Source: an uncultured Nitrososphaeraceae archaeon (GTDB lineage: Archaea; Thermoproteota; Nitrososphaeria; Nitrososphaerales; Nitrososphaeraceae). From it: DNA of 64,000 nucleotides. Location of the stretch: assembly GCA_963837175.1 (NCBI GenBank), contig CAWIMJ010000008.1, positions 58,946 to 122,945 on the forward strand. Reading direction: 5' to 3'. Positions 52,874 to 63,452 of this stretch are shown here, piece by piece (position 1 is the stretch's first letter; each line of letters opens with the position of its first letter). A program made the translations under genes and the position numbers. The notes beneath the pieces are model-generated. The model was given only the letters and a program-made list of their open reading frames with translations, ran no database searches and was not told the DNA's origin.

Positions 52874-53830
52874 TTATGAGCAGCTCTTTCCACCACTTCT
52901 TCTCTTTTGTCTTTTGGAGAGTAGATGGCTTATTCCCTTCTCCTCTGGTTGACTATAAACATCTGGATGTAGATAATAGCCTAGTTCCTTTTCAGGCTTA
53001 TCTTCCTCCACCTGAATCCGGTTAGCATTAGCCCAAGGATCTCTACGTATACCTGTTACCTGCCATGAGACTTTCATAGCTGATGCGCCTCCTGCAATCT
53101 TGAAGCGACTGTTGTTTTTGTTTTTGTTGCTGCTGCTTCTTTTACTACTACTGTACTTTGTATTAGTATTAGTAGTCATATCAGATATTTCCTCTGCAAT
53201 ATAGAGATTCGGACCAGGAGCTCCTATAGCAGTAAGCTGATAGCGAAAATTCTTATTGAGTATACCAAACCAGTCTGGAAGCTCTATCTCTGCTTTACCC
53301 TTGCGGTCTAAAACTACTACACCATCATAGACGTTCTTCATATCTGGTGATTCTACAAAGGAGTGGCAGAGGTATTTGTTAGCTGGATCAAGTGGGTGGT
53401 CTATTTTAAATGAGCCTCCAGCTTTTTCAAGATTACCGGTTATTTTCACTTTCCCGTTTAGGACGGCAGCATAGTCATTAGTGCTCTCACCATACAGACC
53501 AGCGCTGTTGGAGCTGCCGCCAACGACACCATAGTGGTCGTTGCTGACGCCAACTACAGCAGTCCCGGTCTGGCTCTCGCCATACACACCATTGCCGCTG
53601 CTGCTCTCGCCATGCACACCATTGCCGCTGCTGCTCTTGCCATACACACCATTGGCGAAATCGCCCTCACCGTACACACCAATGCCGTTGCTCTTGCCAT
53701 ACACACCATAGCCGACGCTGCTCTTGTTCTCGCCAATCACACCATAGCCATCGTTGCTCTGGCTGAGGCCATACACACCATAACCTACGCCATCATCTGA
53801 ACCATCTATGTGTGACATATCAGTAGTCAT
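52874..53830 (-). CDS. Gly-rich repeat (GxGVYGxS) fibre-like protein with conserved C-terminal domain
   Basis: About ten 9-12 aa repeats, then GSFKIDHPLDPANKYLCHSFVESPDMKNVYDG...FRYQLTAIG...VSWQVTGIR. Confidence 0.85.
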   Translation of the reverse strand: MTTDMSHIDGSDDGVGYGVYGLSQSNDGYGVIGENKSSVGYGVYGKSNGIGVYGEGDFANGVYGKSSSGNGVHGESSSGNGVYGESQTGTAVVGVSNDHYGVVGGSSNSAGLYGESTNDYAAVLNGKVKITGNLEKAGGSFKIDHPLDPANKYLCHSFVESPDMKNVYDGVVVLDRKGKAEIELPDWFGILNKNFRYQLTAIGAPGPNLYIAEEISDMTTNTNTKYSSSKRSSSNKNKNNSRFKIAGGASAMKVSWQVTGIRRDPWANANRIQVEEDKPEKELGYYLHPDVYSQPEEKGISHLLSKRQKRRSGGKSCS

Positions 53831-54263
53831 CCTCTTCCAATAACAAACAGGATTTTATGAGCTGCGCGTCTGACTTATGTATAAGATCTTTTGTATTTTC
53901 CATAAGGTTGAGTTATGAAAATAGACTTATTTAACAAGTCTGCTTCATATACTATCATAGCTTAACTGAATATAGCTACTTGCTCAGCAATAGGTTTAAC
54001 ACCTACGTAGACTCTGCAAATCCCAAATTTTCGTTTCACTCAAAAGAGAATTTGGAGAAAGTGTGACGAGCAATACCTTAAAGATACTATGGCACGTTGC
54101 AAGAAACATGCTCCTTTATGCAAGGAGATAGAATCATGTTAGAGACAAAGATGGCAAATATATGCCTGCAAAGCACGTTGACTATGAATCTACATAATAA
54201 TAATAATATTGGATGGAAAAGTCTACTACAAAAGCTATAACTTATGTAGAGAAAATAGATTAC

Positions 54264-54650
54264 ATGTAGAGCATTGAGAGTTTTGGACCAACTGTTGCTA
54301 CTCTAGGCGGTGGCTTCTTTGTAGGTATTCTCATTGGATATGCCTTGAAGAGAGTAATTAAATTAGTAGCAGTAATAGTTGGATTATTTCTAGCTGGATT
54401 ATCATATCTTCAATATCATCAGATATTAAATGTAAACTAGAATAAACTTCAGCAGATATCAGAAGGAGCACTAACAACATTTGCTAATCTAACTATGCAG
54501 ATTCCGGGTATTACTAGTAGTGGTAGCACTGTCGATGGCCATGCTGCTGCAATGGCTTCCTCTCTATCAATGACTAGCTTTGGTTTCCCATTAACTGGCA
54601 GCATGTCAGCTGGATTTAGTCTTGGATTTATTAAAGGACATAGGGAGTAA
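54264..54650 (+). pseudogene. FUN14 family membrane protein with in-frame TAG stops
   Basis: LGGGFFVGILIGYALKRVIKLVAVIVGLFLAGLSYLQYHQILNVN*NKL...GFSLGFIKG; TAG at 54267 and 54438. Confidence 0.85.
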
Positions 54651-54910
54651 GGATAGAAGAAAGATAATAATGCATTTCTTTATGAATAAACTAAAAGAGA
54701 AATATTTTATGAATGCAATATAATAAAACACAGAGGCAGTAATTTATCCATCTGAGCGTTCAACGATATATAGTAACTGGTAAAGACATAAGAAGATACT
54801 TAGCATGTCTTTAACTATCTGATAACCTAAATACATTCTTCTTCGATAGGAAAAATTCAATGCTATCAAGTGTATTAATAATTATAGGAAGAGTGATTTA
54901 ATTATCTTAG

Positions 54911-57250
54911 TTAAAAAGCATAGCCAAACGGTTGAGTAACAGAATTGCAAGTTTCTGCAAGCAATTCAGTGTATTTTCTCACATCATAGGAGGCGGTCAC
55001 AGTAGTAGTTTTTTCATTGATTAATTCTACAGGTATTGTTCTCCTTCTTTTATTTTTTGAGTATTTCTTCCTTCTATTATAATAATCAGTTATGACATAC
55101 TTTAAAATCTGTCCAGCTTTGAGACTTTTACCTTCGATATCAAGTTGCTGTATAGAATCATTCTCTATAGTATTTCTGTTTAATTGATATTCATTTGAAT
55201 TCTTTGAAGTTTGTTTTGTAAAGACCAACTCTTCAAGAGGAACTTTATTTTCTTTTAAAAGCTGAGAATATTTTCTAAAAGCGTCTGATACTACTGGCAT
55301 TAATGCTTTAACTTCATTAATACTATTTCCCCTAGCCATTATTTCTAGAACCTCTTGCTGACATTTAGAGAAGAATGGCGGTGTATCATGTCGTCTTGAT
55401 TCCAATCCTCTTACCTTCAAACTATTACCTTCTTCAAATACTCCAAAATAGCGATTTGGTACTGGTAGCTGATTGTTTATTTTAGAAGGTACAAATGCAA
55501 TCCATTTGTATATGCCTTCAAATGATATTGCAAAACCTGTTTGTTCTTTTATTGATTCTTTTAATTCTAAATAGTCTTGTTTTGTTACTGCTGTATTCTT
55601 CATCTTCTTTTTTTGTTGTATCCATACTGAATCAACGATACCATGCAAAATTCTAAATCCATCTTTTTCTGCTATCTTTGCTGTTTGTAGAAGAATTTGT
55701 CGGTCAAAAGCACATACCGCAATATGAGCGTCAATTCTACCAAACTTTGCGTTATTAAATCCCAAATATCCAAACGAAGTTACCAATATCCATTTTAATG
55801 AGTTCTGTCTAGCATCATAAATTGATTTTAACTCTGAAGATATAGTAGGAGATTTTAATAGCTGTTTGTACCGACTGCGTTTATCTATTATAATCTTCAA
55901 AGATAATGGTATTATTCCTGTTCTTTTCTCACATATGTTGTAATCTAATTCAGGAACCCTTACCTTTGAATCTGGACAGCAACTACATTGTATAGTTTCT
56001 GCAGAAACATTCTTTTTTAGCATAATACTAGGATACAGAGAAACAAAGTCAAATTCAGCAACTTGTTCATGTACCCCTATTTCAGGTTCAAAGATAAATC
56101 CACCTCTATCTGCAACAAAGAATTCCTTAAACGTTTTGAAGTGTTCAGCTAATGTTGGCTTCCAGGGTATAAGAATATCTTTTTGTGTAGTAGCATAATA
56201 AAACTGTAAGCTGCTCAAGCACTTTCCTATCGAAGCTCTAGATGCAGTGTGTAAAGGCATCCTGCAAATTCTAGCTATTTCATATAGACCATGTAATCCT
56301 GTTGATTCATTCCACAGAAAGGAATTAGATTTATCTAGATGTATTCTACCAAGTATCTTTTGGGTAGCTGGTTTGAAATATATTCTTCCATATGAAAAAT
56401 AAGATGTACCATTATTAGCAGGTTTCTTTACTGGTACTGATCCTTCTCTTCCTAGAATTAGCTCTATATTGTTAATTTCAGCTCTGTGAATTAAATAGGG
56501 AAAAGTGAATGAATCACCATCCTCAGTAAATATAAAATCTGGATCAATCTTTGCTACTTTAGCTGTAAGTTCGTCAATTGTATCTTGCTCTGATTCATTT
56601 CTGATTTCAATATCTTCATCATCATTTTGTTTAATTGAGATCGAGTCTATTCTATCAGTATATTTTGGTATTTTTCCATCTTTCTTTAGTTCTATATTTA
56701 GATGAATAATTTTAAAATGAGGTATCTGATAGTTTGTTGACCAAACATCATCTTCTTCTTTAATGTTCCAACTTAATTTTGAACAAGTAGTATTATCATG
56801 CCTCGTATTATTATTATAAACCTCACAAAAAGCAAGTGGAAAAATATCATGATCATAAAAGTAGGATTGTGCTGGCAATAAATCAACATTATATATCCTT
56901 AACTTTCCAAACTTATCAAACCTCTTAATCCTTCGTGCTAATGTAAGTGCTTTTGTCGGGTCCGATAAAGTTAATTTTAAAACATAAGACCTTGTGATGT
57001 CTGTAATCCTTTCATACTTTGATACAAATTCATAGTCCTTTATTAGTTCAGAATTATTGAGTTCTTGCTGCTGTTTTAGTATCAATTTTCCAAGCTCCGA
57101 CTTATTGTTGATGTAATTTGATGCAACGTAAATTGAATGACTCCAGCAATTGTCTTCTAACCTAATAGTATTGCCATTCTCTTGCTTTATCCAAAAAACC
57201 ATTCTGTTGTCAAGTGGATAAGCATCAAATAACCAACCTTTTATTACCAT
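54911..57250 (-). CDS. Family B DNA polymerase, PolB2 group
   Basis: FDFVSLYPS (motif A), RQNSLKWILVTSFGYLG (B), HGIVDS in place of YGDTDS (C), KVRGLESRRHD; exonuclease motifs degenerate. Confidence 0.9.
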   Translation of the reverse strand: MVIKGWLFDAYPLDNRMVFWIKQENGNTIRLEDNCWSHSIYVASNYINNKSELGKLILKQQQELNNSELIKDYEFVSKYERITDITRSYVLKLTLSDPTKALTLARRIKRFDKFGKLRIYNVDLLPAQSYFYDHDIFPLAFCEVYNNNTRHDNTTCSKLSWNIKEEDDVWSTNYQIPHFKIIHLNIELKKDGKIPKYTDRIDSISIKQNDDEDIEIRNESEQDTIDELTAKVAKIDPDFIFTEDGDSFTFPYLIHRAEINNIELILGREGSVPVKKPANNGTSYFSYGRIYFKPATQKILGRIHLDKSNSFLWNESTGLHGLYEIARICRMPLHTASRASIGKCLSSLQFYYATTQKDILIPWKPTLAEHFKTFKEFFVADRGGFIFEPEIGVHEQVAEFDFVSLYPSIMLKKNVSAETIQCSCCPDSKVRVPELDYNICEKRTGIIPLSLKIIIDKRSRYKQLLKSPTISSELKSIYDARQNSLKWILVTSFGYLGFNNAKFGRIDAHIAVCAFDRQILLQTAKIAEKDGFRILHGIVDSVWIQQKKKMKNTAVTKQDYLELKESIKEQTGFAISFEGIYKWIAFVPSKINNQLPVPNRYFGVFEEGNSLKVRGLESRRHDTPPFFSKCQQEVLEIMARGNSINEVKALMPVVSDAFRKYSQLLKENKVPLEELVFTKQTSKNSNEYQLNRNTIENDSIQQLDIEGKSLKAGQILKYVITDYYNRRKKYSKNKRRRTIPVELINEKTTTVTASYDVRKYTELLAETCNSVTQPFGYAF

Positions 57251-57355
57251 AATTAGTCATCGCACTTCCATTCATTATCTTCTTCCATAATAGATACACG
57301 AAATGATGGAATTATTCTACCCATGCAGAATAGAATCGCCTTGGAGAAGAAATTA

Positions 57356-57700
57356 TCAGCAGAAGGTCACTTTCTTCAAGTAGTAAAATCTATTGCGATC
57401 TTTGCCATAATTGTTGCCGTATTCCTTTATATCTAATAGTAAGTCGATCTTGCTACTATTGTTGTTTGTTCTTGTAATTTCAATGTGTTTGTCAAATCTT
57501 GGAAGAAGAATTTTCTCATATACATATGATTTATGAAGATGTCTTTTTCTATTTTCAATACCAGCATAAGCTATTTTGAACTTTGATAGAGGTGATGATA
57601 ATAAGTATTTTGACGACGAAGATGATAATAAATACTGTTGATTATGTTGTTGATGACTGCTACTATTATTCCTACTACCACCATCATTATCAAGCCTCAT
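57356..57700 (-). pseudogene. Low-complexity ORF upstream of PolB2, probably a 3' gene remnant
   Basis: YEKILLPRFDKHIEIT embedded in Ser/Asn/Gln runs; this position often holds PolB2-associated genes. Confidence 0.35.
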
Positions 57701-57825
57701 TTGGGAAACTAACTATATTCTACGGTATAGTACCTAATAAAAATTGTATTATACTATATTAAGTAGTTGGTTAAGATTGCCAATTGACTTATCTATTAAT
57801 CGTAAGGAACACATTTTATTTCACG

Positions 57826-58137
57826 TTATATTACTTCGATCATCGTATAATCATTATATTTTCTTAGATTTACTCCTCCACCATCACTCCCCTGCTCACA
57901 CAGAAATGAATACGGTAATAATTGTGGATATACCAGTGCTAATGCGCCACCTGCAAAACATATTAATACATACATCCCTTTACTAGTTAGTGCATACCCA
58001 TCTCGTGTAACTAGCATCCCACATGGCTCAATAATCAAGCAGTCGTAATCATTACATATATTCCTCCAGTTATGGCCAACATGTAGAAAGCCATCTAGTT
58101 GTGATGGTGGTTTTATCTTTAATGTTTCCACAAACAA
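57826..58137 (-). CDS. Hypothetical Cys-containing protein or fragment
   Basis: NWRNIC...IIEPCGMLVTRDGYALTSKG..VLICFAGG. Confidence 0.45.
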   Translation of the reverse strand: MFVETLKIKPPSQLDGFLHVGHNWRNICNDYDCLIIEPCGMLVTRDGYALTSKGMYVLICFAGGALALVYPQLLPYSFLCEQGSDGGGVNLRKYNDYTMIEVI

Positions 58138-58200
58138 ATAATGTTATCACTGTAAAGTGCTCCTCAATTCTTTTAGATAATGTTATTTATTGTTATCTTA

Positions 58201-58223
58201 CATACATACATACATACATACAT
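58201..58223 (+). repeat. (CATA)n microsatellite
   Basis: catacatacatacatacatacat. Confidence 0.85.
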
Positions 58224-58616
58224 GAATTGAATATTTTCTCTATCGTATAACTTTCTCTAAATCAAACGACAGAGCCAAGAGGTATAGATCTATTTAAAAT
58301 AAGTTTGTGACGGATTTGCTAATGGAATAGTAATTATTTTTAGATTTGTTGTTGAGATATTGCAATAAGATAGAAATTCATTCAAAAAATGGGCCCAGAG
58401 GGATGCAAATGAAAATTCATTTGAATCCTTTTTCCAAGGTTTCTCTGAAAAATAGAAAATATTATAGTTATGTTGGCTCAGCAGGTTTTGAGTCTTGCTG
58501 ATAGGGGTTTATTTCTGCATATATCATCAGAGAGACTTTTAAGATTCCTCAAAAGAGCAAAAGCAATGTCAATCAAGCATCATGTTATGGCTATAAATTA
58601 TAAGGTTAGATATTTT

Positions 58617-58790
58617 TTATGATTCATTAACTGAACTTTCTATTCTTAAATCATGTTCCTTCTCCCATTCATAAGTTTGGGTATCCTTAGCTTTAGCATC
58701 AATCCAAAAATCATAATTTCCACCAATTCTGTTTCCTGCTTTATTAAGTTTTATTTTCCCTGATATTCCCTCAAATGTGGTTTTTTTGTA
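58617..58790 (-). pseudogene. C-terminal fragment of a periplasmic-binding-protein-type (Liv/ANF-like) substrate-binding protein
   Basis: TFEGISGKIKLNKAGNRIGGNYDFW. Confidence 0.55.
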
Positions 58791-58976
58791 TCACTAATAA
58801 AACATTCACTATATCTAAGATGCCAATTTGTTTTAAATTTACCTAATTTATATAGTCCTTTAATATCCTTCTAGAATTCATATGACATGGTTTTATAGTT
58901 TGGATACAATTCTTAATGTTTTATATTCTCTATAATATCTATATGCTTATATAATAACTTAAGTTGTGATATTTTA

Positions 58977-59684
58977 ATGAATTATTTTTCATCCCTGTAT
59001 GTAATTAGGACAAATTTTTTGTTAGTCATTTTGTTATCAATTATTTTAGTAATTTTTAATACATATACTCATTCTTTATTTGCAGAGGAACAAAATTTAA
59101 AAAATAGTAGTAATTATCAATTGCCTTCTTTAAATTTCTCTTCGCAACAAGAAAAAGAATTATTTTTACAAAAATATTTAAATTTTAGTATTCCCAAGGA
59201 AATCAAAGAAGTTCCAAAAGATGTTCCAAAAACAAATTTGGCAATTTCCACATTAAATGATTTAGTAAATGAATTAGTTACTGGTGTTAAACTTGAAAAT
59301 ATAATTACTGTTCCAAATCAAGTTCAAGTAGGCGATATATTTGAGGTAAATGCTACTGTGAAAAATACATTACCATTTAATGTAACAATTATTGCAGGAA
59401 ATTGTAATTCTGACTTTTCTACAAACTTTTATACTAACGTAGAAGAAATAACGGTTCCACAGTGTATGAATAGAGTTTTACCAACAGTACTCGAACCAGG
59501 AGATAAAGTCACAGTTCAAGAAAGTAGTGGAACAGGTAAACAATATAAAGCCATAGCAGAAGGTGAAGCAAATGGAACTGCCATTTTATCATATAGTATA
59601 GAAGTCAAATCAGAAGGCTTTTTGCAGACAACATCATTGGATAGTCAAGTAGTTAAACCATTTAGTATTAATATACTTTCATAA
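58977..59684 (+). CDS. Secreted/membrane-anchored protein with Ig-like C-terminal domain
   Basis: Hydrophobic N-terminus; VPNQVQVGDIFEVNATVKN...LEPGDKVTV; one Cys pair. Confidence 0.75.
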   Translation: MNYFSSLYVIRTNFLLVILLSIILVIFNTYTHSLFAEEQNLKNSSNYQLPSLNFSSQQEKELFLQKYLNFSIPKEIKEVPKDVPKTNLAISTLNDLVNELVTGVKLENIITVPNQVQVGDIFEVNATVKNTLPFNVTIIAGNCNSDFSTNFYTNVEEITVPQCMNRVLPTVLEPGDKVTVQESSGTGKQYKAIAEGEANGTAILSYSIEVKSEGFLQTTSLDSQVVKPFSINILS

Positions 59685-61427
59685 ATTTTTCAAATAAATG
59701 TATGAATTACTCTATGTACCATTAAATAAATTAATTCTCAGATTGGGACTCGAACCCTTATCCATCAAATGTGGGTTCTAGTATCAACTATTAAAATTTA
59801 ATGATTATTGTAGGTTTATATCATATAGTGCTAATCGAAAAGATTAAAAGAATACTTAAATAAAATGTTATTATTATAAATAAAATAATTTCTAATCGTG
59901 ATAAACCTTTATCCATTTATCAATTATTACAATACACTTCATCTTGAGTTTCTAGATAATGGATATCCTGATTCTCAAGATGTTATTAAAAAAATACTGA
60001 ATTAATTCAAGAATTAAGTAAAATACAAAATGATATGTTAAATAATTTTCAGCATACAACAAAATGGAAAGAACTTCTTAAGTATCCATTAACTAACGAT
60101 CATTTTTCATGGTTTATCCGAGATGAAACTCTATTAAGGTCTCAGACAGAATGGATCAATTATTGGATATCTAAATTAAGATTGTGTATTAGGTCAATTG
60201 AATTGTTATCTAAATATTTAGAAAGATATTGTAAAAATTTAAAAGACTTACAATTATGAATATCATTGATACCCTTTTTTGCTGTCTGATTTCGTCTGAT
60301 ACCTTCTAAACAAGGAACCTTCGTAAAACACTTACATTTGATCACGTTAAGATTTGCATTGAAAAGAATGAAATGAATACTTTTAGTATGATAATTATAA
60401 ATATTTAATAGCATCTTATCTTGAAAATGATTTAATATTAACAGAAAATAACCATTATTATAGCGTTCCTCTCAGCAGTATCAGCAACAGCATTGTCATC
60501 AATAGAGTAGTACATTGTCCGCATCATTTGATGATAGAGATAACACTAAAAGGTTTTTCTATTGTAGTAGTCGTCTTCTTCTTGTAACTCATACAAAAAA
60601 TAACAATAACCCCAGCACTTCAAATAAGATTTAATTCCATGTAATGGTGAACTGGAACTGATACTTCAAGTTTTAATCAGATCTATTAGCATCACAATTT
60701 GGACACCACTCATGCATACACAGGTTCTTGGTATTTTGAAGGTCAGGCAGGCCAACTGGTGATATTCGGCATCTACCTAGCCGGGTTTAAACCCAGCCCT
60801 AAAATCCCGATCAAAAACATCTACCCCATCGATGTTCACCGTTACATTTAAAGCATTTGAGATTCTCCAGTTAATGACTTCTGAATGATACTGCTTACCA
60901 GACCAATAATTGGTAGCCTAGAAAGACATTGCAAAATTCGTTGACTCAGTCAAATTCTAATGATCGAAGATACTAAAACTTACTACTAAAAAGCCTTTTC
61001 TATGGAACATACGTCAATCAAATAATTAATTTTTTGAACATGTTTAAAGAAATATATTGGATGAATTTGTAAGCGCTATTGGAGATATTTGATTTAATTA
61101 AAAACAAAAGATCTCATCATTCTTAATAATCAGTTTAGAAAACCGGACTTCGTTATTAGATATTGTAATTCATTCGTTAGAATTTTGTAGACCTACAAAA
61201 TCAAGTGCTTGAGCCGGATTGTACTCCTGTGGTTAGTAGGCGAAGTTATGAAGCTAGTCAACATAGCTCAATGAATAGACAAGGCCCAATTACCTTTACT
61301 GTTAAAGGTGATTTATACCAAGGAGAACTAACTCTACTCATTACACCTACTTCGGATATTAATGTTAAATACATCGATATCTATGTGAATTAATCTCTGG
61401 AGCCCATCCCAGACTTTATAACCGTGC

Positions 61428-61690
61428 TTATCGTGCTCCTCCTTCTTTTGCATAGTTCTTTAATCCTGTAAAATCAATTGCAACTACTGGTTCATCTCCA
61501 ACAACCCATGCATTATGGCCAGATGCAATTACAGCAGTATCACCTGGACCAAATTGTTCTTCAGAGCCATCATCCATTACAACTTTAATATGTCCAGATA
61601 TCATATACTGTGTATGCGGTGCTTCGCAGCTATTGATTTTAACAATCGGTTTGACACATTTTTCCCAACTCCTAGTGAACCTATGACCAA
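61428..61690 (-). pseudogene. Cupin domain protein, 5' truncated
   Basis: SWEKCVKPIV..NSCEAPHTQYMISG..VVMDDGSEEQFGPGD...GHNAWVVGDEP. Confidence 0.82.
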
Positions 61691-61695
61691 AAGGT

Positions 61696-61991
61696 TCACC
61701 TTAGGATTACTTCATGCATTAGATGGATCTCCGATCTAAAACTGGCATCATGCTTAATCGCAGGGTCATTGACCCTTATATCCTGGGCAACAGACTCTTC
61801 TTCCATTTCTATAATCGCCAAGCCATATAGACCGTGGGATCAGCAACAGGACCAAAGATTACAGCAATTCTTTTGTCAACCCATGTTTTCCAATAATTAA
61901 TGTGTTCTTGCATTAGTTCTCCTTCCGCTTCTGTCATGTCCTGAGGAAATGATGGTCGTGGAGAAAGAGGTTTATAAAGAAAGTACTTCAT
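61696..61991 (-). pseudogene. YciI-like protein with frameshift
   Basis: PRPSFPQDMTEAE..LMQEH..YW...FGPVADP, then shifted frame YGLAIIEMEEES...NDPAIK. Confidence 0.8.
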
Positions 61992-62166
61992 GCATCTTAC
62001 TACATACTAACTTGAAGTTATCCTTTTTTATAGTATCTTCCAAATTTTTTTATATATTATTGCGACCATTATCGAATATTACGACCGTGGAAGAAAATCT
62101 CCATTTGATGGAGACTCTAGATGACGCATGGAACAGCAGTTTTAGTTGGATACGTGGTAGATGATA

Positions 62167-62703
62167 CTATTTCAAAAGCCAGATATAATTTGGCTCATTG
62201 CCAACAGTATCCTTGGATAAACCGATACTATTATTTAGTAAAGACAATGATTCGCTTTGCGTATTATTGAATAATATTATTCCATGGAAAACCCAACGAC
62301 CATCAACCGGTCTTCCTATAGCAGAAGATATCCAAGCAATACTTTGTCCATCTGGAGTCTCAAATGTCCCATTACCTCTACTCTGGATTAATTCATCCGA
62401 TAAGTGAGTGCTTATGAAAGTCTGATTGTTAGTAATATTTCCTACGCCCTTTAGGAATCCTTGGTCAGAGGAATGTTCCTCTGTCATTCGATAAGGAGTT
62501 AATGATATATTTTTTGAACCTAAGAACTTGGTTTTATTAGCACTATAAATCGAATTGGCTCCGTCCAAAGGCAGGGTAACCTGTTCGTTAACACTTGGCT
62601 GAGGGGTCTGTGCTAATAAATCTGTGCCGAAATGAGGTAAAACTGCCACACTGGAGATAATCAACAAGAACAGAGGTAATGACAACTTTATTATCCTATT
62701 CAA
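62167..62703 (-). CDS. Secreted uncharacterised protein, distant 'LSxLNN' family member
   Basis: Signal peptide; GNGTFETPDGQSIAW...SLSLLNNSIG...IWLLK. Confidence 0.75.
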   Translation of the reverse strand: MNRIIKLSLPLFLLIISSVAVLPHFGTDLLAQTPQPSVNEQVTLPLDGANSIYSANKTKFLGSKNISLTPYRMTEEHSSDQGFLKGVGNITNNQTFISTHLSDELIQSRGNGTFETPDGQSIAWISSAIGRPVDGRWVFHGIILFNNTQSESLSLLNNSIGLSKDTVGNEPNYIWLLK

Positions 62704-63006
62704 ACGGGTTCTATGAAATATGGTGATTTAAATAGATTTGGATTACAAAGTGGTAGCTTTTCTAATATTTATTGAATAATCTGCATAACGTGATGTTACT
62801 CAAATGTCATCTTGCTCCTGAATATTTTAAAAATTGTAAATATAGCGATTATCTTACCTTATTAACTTTTTTGATTTATATTATCTTATAAAGCAATTTG
62901 AAAGTTTTCTATATTTTCATATCTATAATCTATCTATAACTAAATTCAGAAGTAATTTTTTGAAAATAAATATACCATTAGTAATAACATTCTCATAAGA
63001 AGTTAT

Positions 63007-63231
63007 ATGAAGAAGAACACAACTTTACTAATGATTGGAATCTTAGGGGCAGTAGCAATACTGTCAGCAGGATTAAGTATAATATCTATACAACAAGCTA
63101 GTGCAAACTTGATTGGAGAAGATGGAGACGGAGGCAATACAAACTTCAGTTTTGAACAAGAACAAAAGAATAGATGTAGTGGTTCTGCTGAATGTAGTAA
63201 CTACGGCGAAATAAATTTCGGCGTGGAATAA
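63007..63231 (+). CDS. Small secreted protein with Cys pair
   Basis: Signal peptide ending QQASA; QKNRCSGSAECSN. Confidence 0.7.
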   Translation: MKKNTTLLMIGILGAVAILSAGLSIISIQQASANLIGEDGDGGNTNFSFEQEQKNRCSGSAECSNYGEINFGVE

Positions 63232-63452
63232 AAACATCGGCAGGTCTTACTGCCACAATCCGTATTTTTTTGTTTCATAAAACTACGATATTCATTCAAA
63301 TTTCCATTCAGATTGGATAATTCTGTATTCAGTTAAGAACTCTGTGTTGTACGATTATACTGCTTGCAATCCAAAGGCTCTTTCTTTTGCTGCATTTTAA
63401 TCTCTGATTATGGTTGTTCTTAACTGAAGGACTGCTTTATCATATTATAAAA

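Noticed and set aside
53470-53790. 30-bp repeats as a CRISPR array or DGR template
   Set aside because: The repeats are contiguous in-frame coding units without spacers; no cas or reverse transcriptase gene was seen.
7404-54650. Stop-codon readthrough (Sec/Pyl or alternative code) suggested by in-frame TGA and TAG
   Set aside because: TAA, TAG and TGA all interrupt genes, often alongside frameshifts, and all three terminate intact genes. Decay is the simpler explanation.
25600-57250. Casposon (PolB plus mobile context)
   Set aside because: No Cas1-like gene or matching long TIRs seen; the intact polymerase looks like PolB2, not a protein-primed PolB.
59741-59765. tRNA gene at GATTGGGACTCGAACCC (also the T-loop-like bits at 49830 and 60781)
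   Set aside because: Only T-arm-like fragments; no cloverleaf can be formed.
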